From the NCBI GenBank assembly GCA_035400625.1, contig DAOMZT010000001.1, positions 306,644 through 370,643 on the forward strand: a DNA stretch of 64,000 nucleotides. The letters run 5' to 3'. A model generated the notes under the pieces. That model was not told where the DNA came from, searched no databases, and saw only the letters and a program-made list of their open reading frames with translations. The DNA is from an archaeon. GTDB lineage: Archaea; Iainarchaeota; Iainarchaeia; Iainarchaeales; CSSED10-239. The translations under genes were made by a program, and so were the position numbers. Shown here in pieces: positions 46,713 through 56,028 of the stretch; positions within the stretch are counted from its first letter, which is position 1, and every line of letters begins with the position of its first letter.

Positions 46713-47120
46713 TTATTTTTTTCTTGATATTTTTATCATAGATCCTGCTTTTAAGTATTCTATCTCATTACCTGCAACAAGATCAGTAAACTCGTCCTTA
46801 TCCACTTCATAAGTTTGATAGTTTGCTGTATCCATTACTTGATATTTGTTTCCAAGGTCTGCTATAACTTGTGCATTCCCTTTATCAAGTATTGGCACCT
46901 CAATATCATCAGAGCTTGGCTTTAATAGGTTCATTTTTTGTCCAGTAAAAACAGCAGTTGCTGTTAGTCTAACCTTTGCAGCTCCGTGCTTTCCTGGCTT
47001 TGATTTAGTGATTGTGTCAACTTTACAAATCACATTGTCAATTAAGATGAACTGCTTTTCTTTAACTTGTCCAAGTCCCATAAATTTAATATCATAATCT
47101 CTTGCCATTGATTTCACCAT
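46713..47120 (-). CDS. eif5a: translation initiation factor aIF5A
   Basis: Hypusine loop TKSKPGKHGAAKVRL. Length is 135 aa. Confidence 0.9.
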   Translation of the reverse strand: MVKSMARDYDIKFMGLGQVKEKQFILIDNVICKVDTITKSKPGKHGAAKVRLTATAVFTGQKMNLLKPSSDDIEVPILDKGNAQVIADLGNKYQVMDTANYQTYEVDKDEFTDLVAGNEIEYLKAGSMIKISRKK

Positions 47121-47236
47121 TTTTCTATTTTAAAAAAAGTGTTTTTATATATTAAACTATATAATTAAGTATAAATATATTTTAAATATGTTTTGTTTAA
47201 CAAATACTATATCATAACTATGTATTTTCTAAAAAG

Positions 47237-47704
47237 ATGATTATAATGCTTAAGATATTTAAAAAAATGTTTAAAAAAGTACCAAAAGAGAATACCAGAA
47301 ACAATCTTGCTGTTTTTGTTGATGGCCCAAATATGCTAAGAAAAGAGTTTAATATAGATTTATCAAAAATTAAATCTCAGTTACTAAAAGAAGGGTCATT
47401 AAAGATTGCAAGGGTTTATCTTGATCAGTATGCAACAGATAAATTGATTGAAGCAGTAGTAAATCTTGGTTTTGAAAGCATAATCACAGTTGGAGATGTT
47501 GATGTTGCAATGTCTGTGGATGCCACAGAAGCTGCATTCAATCATGAGATTGACACAATTGTTTTTATTACTAGAGATTCTGATTATTTGCCAGCAATTT
47601 TAAAAGCAAAAAGACAAGGTAAAAAGACTGTAGTATATCTTGTAGAGGAAGGCTCTGCAGTTGCATTAAAAAACACTGTTGATAGGGTAGTTTTTATAAA
47701 GTAG
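47237..47704 (+). CDS. NYN-domain (LabA/DUF88-like) putative RNase
   Basis: LAVFVDGPNM ... FITRDSDYLPAI are typical NYN acidic motifs. Confidence 0.7.
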   Translation: MIIMLKIFKKMFKKVPKENTRNNLAVFVDGPNMLRKEFNIDLSKIKSQLLKEGSLKIARVYLDQYATDKLIEAVVNLGFESIITVGDVDVAMSVDATEAAFNHEIDTIVFITRDSDYLPAILKAKRQGKKTVVYLVEEGSAVALKNTVDRVVFIK

Positions 47705-47712
47705 GTTAAAAA

Positions 47713-48213
47713 ATGAATTTGCCAGTAACAAATCCAATTGTAAAGAATGCTCCATTAGATAAGATTATTCCTGATAAGCTATTCTTAGATTTGTTGGATA
47801 AAAAATTTACTGGCTATGTTTATTTAATAATTGAGGGTAAATATAGTTTTGAAGAATCAATATTAATCTTAAATGCTGGCAAAATAGAAGGTGCGATATA
47901 TATAATAGATGGATATGATACTGAAATGTTTGGCAAAGAGGCAATTGACTATTGTTTAAATTGTTATGGCGCAACAAACGGAAGATTAAATATTTTTGCA
48001 TTAACTTCTGATCAAATAAAATTAATATTGTTATTTAACGACAAGATAAAATATGCTTGGCCAATCAAAAAAAGCAAAGACCTTTTAATATTTAGAAACA
48101 TAAAATATAACGAAGCATTAATCTATAATTTATTAAAAGAAAAAATAGTAAAAAACAAAACATCAAAAGATGTATTAAGTGATTTTAATTTAGATGATTT
48201 ATTAAAAGAATAA
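47713..48213 (+). CDS. hypothetical protein, DUF4388/roadblock-like pattern
   Basis: FTGYVYLIIEG....ILILNAGKIEGAIY...GKEAIDY pattern. Tight spacing with its neighbours. Confidence 0.35.
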   Translation: MNLPVTNPIVKNAPLDKIIPDKLFLDLLDKKFTGYVYLIIEGKYSFEESILILNAGKIEGAIYIIDGYDTEMFGKEAIDYCLNCYGATNGRLNIFALTSDQIKLILLFNDKIKYAWPIKKSKDLLIFRNIKYNEALIYNLLKEKIVKNKTSKDVLSDFNLDDLLKE

Positions 48214-48215
48214 AA

Positions 48216-48662
48216 ATGAGAAATATGGGTTCATTATCAAAATTATTTGCAAAGTTTTCAACAAAAATACTAAATCTAGAAGATAAGCAAGGAGAAAATC
48301 CAATAGCTACATTATTAGTATACAAGCCAATATTTATACATTCTTCTGATTTGACTGATTTTTTACAAAAGTTAAGATTAAAACACCTTATCAATGACAT
48401 TATTATCACAGATACTGATGGAATTGTCATAGGTAGTACAAACAAAGATATTAAAGAGGGATTTAAAAGCGCAGCATTATACAATTATATTAACTCGGAA
48501 ATAAAAGACCTCTCAATCATTTTAATAGAAGCAAATGGCTGGCAGATAATTTTTAAAAATGAAGAAAAGGTTTATTTCATAAAAGCAAATGATGAATTGT
48601 CTAGACTAGAGGTTTTAACAATAGTTAAAGAAATAGAGAATTTTATAAAATGTATTGTTTAA
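48216..48662 (+). CDS. hypothetical protein, Roadblock/LC7 (MglB)-like
   Basis: IIITDTDGIVIGST....GFKSAALYNYINS...IILIEANGWQIIF fits the roadblock alpha-beta pattern. Assigned by eye only. Confidence 0.4.
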   Translation: MRNMGSLSKLFAKFSTKILNLEDKQGENPIATLLVYKPIFIHSSDLTDFLQKLRLKHLINDIIITDTDGIVIGSTNKDIKEGFKSAALYNYINSEIKDLSIILIEANGWQIIFKNEEKVYFIKANDELSRLEVLTIVKEIENFIKCIV

Positions 48663-48694
48663 GATTATATTGTGTTTTTTAATATATTAAGAGA

Positions 48695-49504
48695 GTGAAA
48701 AGAATGGGAGAAGTTTTTGCAATAGTTTCTGGCAAAGGGGGGGTTGGTAAAACCACCCTGACTGGAAATTTAGGAATTGCATTAGCAGAGTTAGGATATT
48801 CTGTATTGTTAATTGATGCAGATCTAGCGATGGCAAATTTAAGTTTGTTAATGGGGCTTAAAACACCACCAATAACAATACATGACGTGTTGTTAGGTTC
48901 TGCGCCAGCCACAGATGCAATTTATGATGGCCCAAAAGGCACGAAAATATTGCCAGCAGGTCTTTCTCTTTCTTTTTATACAAGAGTAGATATTGAAAGG
49001 TTAGTTGCAGTAACAAATGAATTAAAATCCAAATTCGATTATATATTGATTGATTCTCCAGCAGGGATAGAAAAGAATGTTATTGCTGCTATGTCTGCAT
49101 CTACTCAAATTATTTTAATCACTGAGCCAACAGCTCCATCTGTTGCAGATGCATTTAAAGCAAAGATTGTTGCTCAAAGACTTAATCAAAGAGTTTTTGG
49201 AGTAATTATAAATAAATATAGTAATACTAAAGGAGAAATTTCAGAAAACGAAATCATGAAAATGCTAGAGTTGCCATCATATGGCAAAATACCACATTCT
49301 GATGAAATTAGACAATCCTTCTTGTTAAAGAAGATAAAGCCACTTCTAGTACACAACCCTAATTGTTCTGCTGCAAATTCATTTAGAGCAATTGCAAGAA
49401 AGATAACAGGTAAAGAAACAGATGTTGTAAAAACAGAAAAAAAGAAAGGGCTGTTTTCTGGACTTTTCAAATCTTTAGGAAACATGTTTAAAAAGAAAAA
49501 ATAA
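48695..49504 (+). CDS. minD: MinD/ParA-family ATPase with a C-terminal amphipathic helix
   Basis: Deviant Walker A SGKGGVGKTT, LLIDADL, and IDSPAG. The C-terminus KKGLFSGLFKSLGNMFKKKK looks like a membrane-targeting helix. Confidence 0.85.
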   Translation: MKRMGEVFAIVSGKGGVGKTTLTGNLGIALAELGYSVLLIDADLAMANLSLLMGLKTPPITIHDVLLGSAPATDAIYDGPKGTKILPAGLSLSFYTRVDIERLVAVTNELKSKFDYILIDSPAGIEKNVIAAMSASTQIILITEPTAPSVADAFKAKIVAQRLNQRVFGVIINKYSNTKGEISENEIMKMLELPSYGKIPHSDEIRQSFLLKKIKPLLVHNPNCSAANSFRAIARKITGKETDVVKTEKKKGLFSGLFKSLGNMFKKKK

Positions 49505-49556
49505 AAAAGAAAAAAGGACAAAAAGAAAATTGTTTTAATATATAAAGGAGAAAAAA

Positions 49557-49787
49557 ATGAGCGAAACAAAAATATCACGACCATTTGACATGCTAAACAA
49601 TTCCTTGAATAAACAAGTTTTAATAAATTTAAAAGGAAATGTGACTGTCAGAGGAAAATTAAAAGCATTTGATGTGCATCTAAACATAGTGTTAGAAGAT
49701 GCAGAAGAAATAGAAAATGGAAAACCAAAAGCAAAATATATTGAAGTTTTCTTAAGAGGAGATAATGTTATATTAGTAACAGTATAA
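49557..49787 (+). CDS. Sm-like archaeal protein (SmAP/LSm)
   Basis: Sm1 (VLINLKGNVTVRGKLKAFDVHLNIVLEDAEE) and Sm2 (VFLRGDNVILV) motifs. Confidence 0.85.
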   Translation: MSETKISRPFDMLNNSLNKQVLINLKGNVTVRGKLKAFDVHLNIVLEDAEEIENGKPKAKYIEVFLRGDNVILVTV

Positions 49788-49835
49788 ATTTCTTCTTAAT
49801 TCCTTTTTTCTTTTTTAACATTAGATGTAAAAAAT

Positions 49836-50960
49836 ATGAACAAGATAATTTTAGCTTTATATTTTGGTAGTAATTTAGCAGAGAACGTTGCGTCTGATTC
49901 TAAACTCTCTAGTATTTTTACTTATAACAATCTAATTATTATGTTAATTGTTATGCTTGTTATATTGATTATATCCTTATTGGTATTTTTAATTATTCCA
50001 AAAATAAACAAAACTCCAAAAAAATATTATCAAAGATATTTAATAGTAAGAAAAGAATTAGATAAGATAGATGAATTATATGCAAGACGAAAACTTTCTT
50101 TTGAAAACTATGCGTTTACTCAATTTCATTATGCTAAAGAGTACGAACACTTGATTGAATATCTTTCTCAATTCCCTGAGTACAAAGATAAATTAAAGTC
50201 ATATAAATTAAACTATTTAAGAACACAAGAACAACCAGACAAAAATTTATCAGAAGAAGAAAAAAAGAATGCAGAAATTATTAATTATTTTATAAGAGTT
50301 TTAGGTCCAGTTGCCCCTTACTATAGAAAGAATGAGGTTTATCAAGCGATATTAGATGAAAAATTTTCTAAAGTCATAGCTGAAGGAATAATAAAAGGAT
50401 TAGAAAAAATTGGTGTTAAATTTAATAGTAAAGAGATATCTGAGAATCGTAAGGGTATTGAGCTGGTTGACAAATTATTATTAGATAAGCAAGATAAAAT
50501 TAGACAAAAAGAACAAGAAAAACCAAAGAAATACACGATGCCAGATGTAATAGATAAATCAATATATTTATCTAGAAAAGCTGCACAAGAGAAAGAGAAA
50601 CAAGAGAAAGAGAAAATTGTTAAACCAGTAGAACCAGAAAAACCAAATGAAGTTTCTAAGATAGAGAATTTTGAGCCACAGATAGAAATCCGAGACGATT
50701 TTTTTGAATCAACTACAGATTCTATAAAAGTTTCTGAGCCAACAACTATATCATTAAAAGATTTGATAAAGAAAGAATCCCAAAAACCAATGTTTGAAAA
50801 AATAACAACTGTTTCTAAATATCCAGAGGAGAGTAGTAAGCCCGCAACTAAAAAGGGGCTATTTAAGTCTATAAAAAATATCTTTAAACCTAAAAGAAAA
50901 TATCATTCCGTTTCTGAGATTAATGATATTTTTGAAAATATTGAAAAGAAATTAAGATAA
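49836..50960 (+). CDS. hypothetical membrane-anchored protein with a K/E-rich cytoplasmic region and a MinD-tail-like motif
   Basis: TM segment IIMLIVMLVILIISLLVFLII, and KKGLFKSIKNIFKPKRK near the C-terminus. Confidence 0.5.
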   Translation: MNKIILALYFGSNLAENVASDSKLSSIFTYNNLIIMLIVMLVILIISLLVFLIIPKINKTPKKYYQRYLIVRKELDKIDELYARRKLSFENYAFTQFHYAKEYEHLIEYLSQFPEYKDKLKSYKLNYLRTQEQPDKNLSEEEKKNAEIINYFIRVLGPVAPYYRKNEVYQAILDEKFSKVIAEGIIKGLEKIGVKFNSKEISENRKGIELVDKLLLDKQDKIRQKEQEKPKKYTMPDVIDKSIYLSRKAAQEKEKQEKEKIVKPVEPEKPNEVSKIENFEPQIEIRDDFFESTTDSIKVSEPTTISLKDLIKKESQKPMFEKITTVSKYPEESSKPATKKGLFKSIKNIFKPKRKYHSVSEINDIFENIEKKLR

Positions 50961-50967
50961 TGTTTTA

Positions 50968-51117
50968 TTATTTTGATTTCATTAAAAGTATTAGTCCAAT
51001 AACTATTAATATTAATCCTAGATACAAATTAAAACCAGCAAGAAAACCAGGAAGTGAAGGAACATATAGTCCTATTCCAATACCTATTAATATACCGCCT
51101 ACAAGACTTTGACTCAT
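50968..51117 (-). CDS. small hydrophobic protein (49 aa, two predicted TM segments), not in the supplied ORF track
   Basis: Hand translation gives MSQSLVGGILIGIGIGLYVPSLPGFLAGFNLYLGLILIVIGLILLMKSK*. GGTGA lies 5-9 nt upstream of the ATG. Confidence 0.45.
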   Translation of the reverse strand: MSQSLVGGILIGIGIGLYVPSLPGFLAGFNLYLGLILIVIGLILLMKSK

Positions 51118-51199
51118 ATTATCACCAATTTAATTATTATAAATACAATAAATATATATTAGTTTGTTTTTAAATATATATACTATAATCTGATTAATA

Positions 51200-51892
51200 A
51201 TGAAAACAAAAATATGCTTTGGGCTTTTAGATGTTTTAGTGAAAGGCAAATTAAATAAAAAACCAGATACTTCTTTTATGAGTGAGCTAGTAGATTATTC
51301 GAAAGAAAACAAAAAAAAACTTTTTTTAATTACTGGCCTTGATGCAGACAAAGGCGAAGAAATAATTAAAAAAAATGGAATAGATGCTTATTTTTCAAAA
51401 GAAAACATTTGTCATATTTCTGAAAAATATTATGATACATTGTCAGAAATAGATAAGGAATTAAAAGAGCAGGCAAAGCAAAACGATCTAAATTATTGTG
51501 ATGAATATTACAAGGTCTATTTTTTTAATGCAATTTACAAACACAAAAAAGAAGAAACGTTATTCATTGGACACGATATTTGGACAGATGCATATTATTT
51601 ATCTAAATATGCAGGAATAGACACTATATTGTTAAAAGACACATTAACAAATAATTCTGCGCCAAATATAATAGAAATCAAGGATGTGCATATTGTTGGT
51701 TCTAATTTTGAAATAATAAAAAGCTATCTTGAGGAAGAAAAACAATTTAATTATGAACCACTCCATAAATATGCAGAAAAATTACTATATAAGGAAATGG
51801 TTGGAGGCAGTTTATTTAATACAAAACAAAAGGTCGGTAGTTTTTGGAACAGACAAAAAGACAAGAAATCGTTTGTAAGAGGGGAAGATTAA
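51200..51892 (+). CDS. hypothetical protein, degenerate HAD-like fold
   Basis: ICFGLLDVLV, LFLITGLD and LFIGHDIWTDAYY..AGIDTILL line up with HAD motifs I, II and IV, but the catalytic Asp residues are not conserved. Confidence 0.35.
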   Translation: MKTKICFGLLDVLVKGKLNKKPDTSFMSELVDYSKENKKKLFLITGLDADKGEEIIKKNGIDAYFSKENICHISEKYYDTLSEIDKELKEQAKQNDLNYCDEYYKVYFFNAIYKHKKEETLFIGHDIWTDAYYLSKYAGIDTILLKDTLTNNSAPNIIEIKDVHIVGSNFEIIKSYLEEEKQFNYEPLHKYAEKLLYKEMVGGSLFNTKQKVGSFWNRQKDKKSFVRGED

Positions 51893-53125
51893 ATGAATAT
51901 TAAAAAAATTAAGGCGATAAGAATAATTGATTCTAGGGGTGTGCCAACAATTAGAACTTTTGTGTTTACTGATAATGCTGTTGGCGTTGCAAGTGTTCCG
52001 TCAGGAACCAGCAGTGGCAAAAGAGAAGCCTTAGAGTTAAGAGATGGTGGCAAGGCTTTTGGTGGAAAAGACGTAACAAAAGCCATCAATAATGTTAATT
52101 CAAAGATTTCAAAAAAATTAATTGGCGAGTTTATTCTTGACCAGAAAAGAATAGATGAATTAATGTTAGAACTTGACAATACAGAAAATAAATCAAATCT
52201 TGGGGCAAATGCTATTCTTTCTGTAAGTCTTGCTTGTGCAAAGGCTGCATCTTTAGAGCTTGATGTTCCATTACACAATTACATTTCTAAACTAAATTAC
52301 AAAAAAGGAAAAAACAAAATGCCAATTCCTTTTTTAAACATAATAAATGGCGGTGCACATGCTGGAACTGAGCTAGCTTTTCAAGAGTTCCAAATAGTTC
52401 CACATAAAAAAACTTTTTCTGAGAATATAAGAGTTTCTTGCGAAATCTACCATACACTAAAAGACATAATTTCAAGAAAATATGGTGCTGGTTCAACAAA
52501 TGTAGGTTTAGAAGGGGGGTTTGCACCAAATATCAATGATCCTAAAGATGCCTTAGATCTTATGGAAGATGCAATTATAAAAGCAGGCAATAAAAAAGAA
52601 ATAACTATTGGCCTTGATGTTGCTGCTAGTGAAATCTATAATAATAAAAAATATCTTGTAAATTCTAAAAAATATTCTTCAGAAGAAATGATGGATTATT
52701 ATTCTTCTCTTCTTAAATCTTATAACATTACATCAATAGAAGACCCGTTGTCAGAAGATGATAAATTATCTTGGCCAATCTTTACAAAAAAGTTTGGAAA
52801 TAAGATTGCAGTAATTGGAGATGATCTTTTAGTAACAAACCCAAAATTGATAAAAGAAGCAATAAAAAAGAAACAATGTAACTCTCTTCTTTTAAAGGTA
52901 AACCAGATTGGAACATTAACAGAAAGTGTTGAGGCCTTTAATTTGGCAAAAAAAGCTAATTGGAAAGTTGTTGTTTCACACAGGTCAGGAGAGACAGAAG
53001 ATAGTTTTATTGCTGACTTGTCTTATGGACTTGGTTCGGACTTTATTAAGTTTGGTTCTCCAGTAAGAAGTGAGAGAACAGCAAAATATAACAGGTTATT
53101 AGAAATTGAAGGGAATATCATGTAA
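51893..53125 (+). CDS. eno: enolase
   Basis: SVPSGTSSG, IGDDL and SHRSGETED motifs. Length is 410 aa. Confidence 0.93.
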   Translation: MNIKKIKAIRIIDSRGVPTIRTFVFTDNAVGVASVPSGTSSGKREALELRDGGKAFGGKDVTKAINNVNSKISKKLIGEFILDQKRIDELMLELDNTENKSNLGANAILSVSLACAKAASLELDVPLHNYISKLNYKKGKNKMPIPFLNIINGGAHAGTELAFQEFQIVPHKKTFSENIRVSCEIYHTLKDIISRKYGAGSTNVGLEGGFAPNINDPKDALDLMEDAIIKAGNKKEITIGLDVAASEIYNNKKYLVNSKKYSSEEMMDYYSSLLKSYNITSIEDPLSEDDKLSWPIFTKKFGNKIAVIGDDLLVTNPKLIKEAIKKKQCNSLLLKVNQIGTLTESVEAFNLAKKANWKVVVSHRSGETEDSFIADLSYGLGSDFIKFGSPVRSERTAKYNRLLEIEGNIM

Positions 53126-53218
53126 TTTGTTAAAGTTAAGAATTTACGAAACCTTTAAAAACAATTATTATATAAACTTATTTATAATATATATATTAAA
53201 TTAAAAAGTGATTTATTT

Positions 53219-54064
53219 ATGGCAAAAGATTTAGGAGACGATTTCGGTTCTGATTTTGATATGGGAGGATCTAAAAAAGTATTTGGTGGATCAAAGATCA
53301 AATGGGAGACTTTGTTACCAATAATTATAATCATTGTAGTTATTTTGTTAATTGTTTTTAGAACTAATATATTGGCTACAGGGTTAAATATCTTTGGTGC
53401 CAAGCAAGGTGCTAAGATTTTGATACTTGGAGCGCCATCTCCAGAGTTTAGGGCAATATTAACAGATCAAGAAAATAAAGATATTATCAAAGAAGCTAGA
53501 TTTATGACTTTGGATAGTATTTCTCACAATCCTGAAGAAAGAATAAAAAATTATGATATAATTATTCTAGATCAATCAATGCAAGCTGATAAGACAGTAA
53601 CCAGAAGGACTGGCGAAGCAATAACTAATTATGTTAGAAAAGGTGGAAGGCTTATTGTTGTTTTAAATTCAGGAATTAAAAGACCTGATGATCCTTCAGT
53701 TCTTGGCTGGCAAGCAAACTTTGGTGGAATTGTCCCAGTAAATTGTTATAATTCTGGTGGGACACCATCATGTTTAAGTCAAAGAGATCTTCAAGGAACT
53801 TTATATGTAATAAAAGAAGATCATCCAGTTGTTAAAGGAATAACACAAGTTCCAGCTGTTGAGACATCAGGAAGTATAAGAACCCAAACATTTGATGTTT
53901 CAATAGATGGAACAGAGATTGCTTATTTAGAGGATTCTAGAACAAAGAAGACCTATACCGGAATTGTTGAAGAGCCATTATTAATGGGCAAAGTTATTTA
54001 TTTCAATTTCAATCCAGCAATAAGCAAAGCAATCGTAATTAAAACAATACAATATATGAGTTAA
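53219..54064 (+). CDS. hypothetical membrane-anchored protein
   Basis: An acidic/Gly N-terminus, the TM segment LLPIIIIIVVILLIVF, and an extracytoplasmic domain (YDIIILDQS, RKGGRLIVVLNSG). Confidence 0.5.
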   Translation: MAKDLGDDFGSDFDMGGSKKVFGGSKIKWETLLPIIIIIVVILLIVFRTNILATGLNIFGAKQGAKILILGAPSPEFRAILTDQENKDIIKEARFMTLDSISHNPEERIKNYDIIILDQSMQADKTVTRRTGEAITNYVRKGGRLIVVLNSGIKRPDDPSVLGWQANFGGIVPVNCYNSGGTPSCLSQRDLQGTLYVIKEDHPVVKGITQVPAVETSGSIRTQTFDVSIDGTEIAYLEDSRTKKTYTGIVEEPLLMGKVIYFNFNPAISKAIVIKTIQYMS

Positions 54065-54168
54065 GTAAAATAACTTAACTTTTCTTTTTTTATTTTTAAA
54101 ATACATTTATAAATTGTATTATTCATAAATTATATATTATATTTTCCCGTTAATACTGCTTTAAGGCA

Positions 54169-54175
54169 GGAGGTG
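54169..54175 (+). promoter_or_regulatory. Shine-Dalgarno (GGAGGTG) for rpl1
   Basis: A perfect anti-SD complement 8 nt upstream of the TTG start at 54184. Confidence 0.5.
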
Positions 54176-54183
54176 CTAAGATT

Positions 54184-54855
54184 TTGGATAAAAGTATAAC
54201 AGAAAAACATGTAATTGAAAAGGCATTAAACGAATTAATGTCTATTTCAAAACAAAGAAACTTTGATGAAGCAATAGAAATGATTGTAACATTAAAGAAC
54301 ATAAATGTTAAAAACAAAGATCAAAGAATAGAATATTCAGTCAATCTGCCTCATCCTTATTTAGATAATGTCAAATCTTTAGTTTTTGTAAAGGATAAAA
54401 ACCTTGCTCTAGAACTAAAAGATGTTGTTGATAAAGTTATTATGGATGATGAAATTGCAAAGATTTCTAAGAAAGATGCAAAGAAAATGGCAGAGGAATA
54501 TAAGGTTTTCTTGGCTGAAGGACCAGTTATGCTAACCGTTGGTAAGCACTTAGGACAGGTTCTTAGTCCTAGAGGAAAGATGCCTTTAGTTGCTCCACCA
54601 AATGTCAATGCAATAAAAACTTTAATTACTACGACAATTTCACAACAAAAAATTTCTAATAAAAAAAGTAAATCATCTGTGGCTTTGCAAATAAAAATCG
54701 GGAAAAAGAGCCAAGGTGTTAAAGATTTAACAGATAATTTTTTAGTTGTAATTAAATCATTGATTGATAGATTGCCTGCAGGTTTACAAAACCTAAATCA
54801 CATCTATATCAAGTCAACAATGAGTAAAAGCATAAAAATGGGTGATGACGAATGA
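54184..54855 (+). CDS. rpl1: 50S ribosomal protein L1
   Basis: TTG start. RNFDEAIEMIVTLKNI and VNLPHP fit the L1 N-terminal consensus. The L1-P0-P1 gene order also supports the call. Confidence 0.88.
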   Translation: MDKSITEKHVIEKALNELMSISKQRNFDEAIEMIVTLKNINVKNKDQRIEYSVNLPHPYLDNVKSLVFVKDKNLALELKDVVDKVIMDDEIAKISKKDAKKMAEEYKVFLAEGPVMLTVGKHLGQVLSPRGKMPLVAPPNVNAIKTLITTTISQQKISNKKSKSSVALQIKIGKKSQGVKDLTDNFLVVIKSLIDRLPAGLQNLNHIYIKSTMSKSIKMGDDE

Positions 54856-55607
54856 ATCACACAAAAACTTGGAGACTTGCACAATATGATGAGATTAGTA
54901 AGTTAATTTCACAATTTAAAATTATTGGCATTGCAGATCTTAAAGACTTTCCATCTAATCTTTTACAAAAGGTTAAGAAAAATATTGATGATGCAACTTT
55001 TAAAGTAACATCAAAGAATGTTTTAAAGAAAGTTTTGGAAAGCAAAGGCCATAAAGATATTGTTGAAAAATTACCAAATCAACCAATATTAATCTTAACA
55101 AATAAAAATGCTTTTGAATTGTATGGTGCAATAAAGAAAAGTAAAGCTCGTTCAAAAGCAAAGATTGGAATGATATCTCCAATTGATATTGTTGTTCCAG
55201 CAGGAGACACAGGTCTTCCACCAGGTCCAGCATTATCTGATTTGAAAAAGGTAGGTATCAAGGCCCAAGTAAGAGGTGCAACAATTTTTGTTCCTGATGA
55301 TACCGTCATAGTTAAGGCTGGTGGTGTTATTAATGGCGATGTTGTTAGCACTTTGTCTAAGCTTGATATTAAGCCTGTTGAACTTATTCTAGATGTTGTT
55401 CTAGTTAAGGAAGACGGAATGATTTATTCCAAGGATGTGCTTGATATTGATGCGGATACTATTATCTTGCAGATTGCAACAGCTGCTCGTCAAGCAGTAG
55501 GTCTTGGTGTTGAGATTGGTTACATCTGTAAAGATACAGTTGAGCCAATGATAGCAAAAGCAGAAAGAGAGGCTAAAGCACTTGATGCTTTAGTCAATAA
55601 AGCATAA
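54852..55607 (+). CDS. rplP0: 50S ribosomal stalk protein P0 (L10), short form
   Basis: TKTWRLAQYDEISKLI..IGIADLKDFPSNLLQKVKK matches archaeal P0. It is only 251 aa and has no acidic ..GLxALFG tail. Confidence 0.85.
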   Translation: MNHTKTWRLAQYDEISKLISQFKIIGIADLKDFPSNLLQKVKKNIDDATFKVTSKNVLKKVLESKGHKDIVEKLPNQPILILTNKNAFELYGAIKKSKARSKAKIGMISPIDIVVPAGDTGLPPGPALSDLKKVGIKAQVRGATIFVPDDTVIVKAGGVINGDVVSTLSKLDIKPVELILDVVLVKEDGMIYSKDVLDIDADTIILQIATAARQAVGLGVEIGYICKDTVEPMIAKAEREAKALDALVNKA

Positions 55608-55625
55608 TTAAATGAGGTGTGAAAT

Positions 55626-55916
55626 ATGGATTATATATATGCAGTTTTGTTATTACACAAAGCTAACAAAGAAATAAATGAGGCTAACATAAAATCAGTA
55701 TTAACTTCAGCAGGAGTTTCAGCTGATGATGCAAAGATAAAAGGTCTTGTTGCAACATTAAAGGACATAAACATTGAAGATGCAATTGCAAAGGCATCAG
55801 TTGTAGCAGCAGCTCCAGCAGCAACAGCAACTAGCGAGACAAAGAAAGAAGTCAAAGAAGAGCATGTTGTTACTGAAGAAGCAGCAGCAGAAGGCCTTAG
55901 TGCATTATTTGGTTAA
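55626..55916 (+). CDS. rpl12: 50S ribosomal stalk protein P1 (L12)
   Basis: MDYIYAVLLLH, an A-rich hinge, and the C-terminal EEAAAEGLSALFG. Confidence 0.88.
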   Translation: MDYIYAVLLLHKANKEINEANIKSVLTSAGVSADDAKIKGLVATLKDINIEDAIAKASVVAAAPAATATSETKKEVKEEHVVTEEAAAEGLSALFG

Positions 55917-56028
55917 TTTTAACCAAATATTTTCTTTTTCTTTTTTTAAATTTCAAGAAAAACACATTTTATACTTTTTGATTAACAAAACCATTTATAA
56001 ACTATTTTTTTAATTTATATTATAGTTT

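Noticed and set aside
50589-50615. Tandem gagaaagagaaacaagagaaagagaaa microrepeat.
   Set aside because: It is an in-frame EKEKQEKEK low-complexity stretch within a K/E-rich protein. It is not a CRISPR array or a regulatory repeat.
54121-54183. Possible L1 autoregulatory mRNA mimic in the rpl1 leader.
   Set aside because: I could not identify a 23S-like L1-binding helix by eye. Only the SD is supportable.
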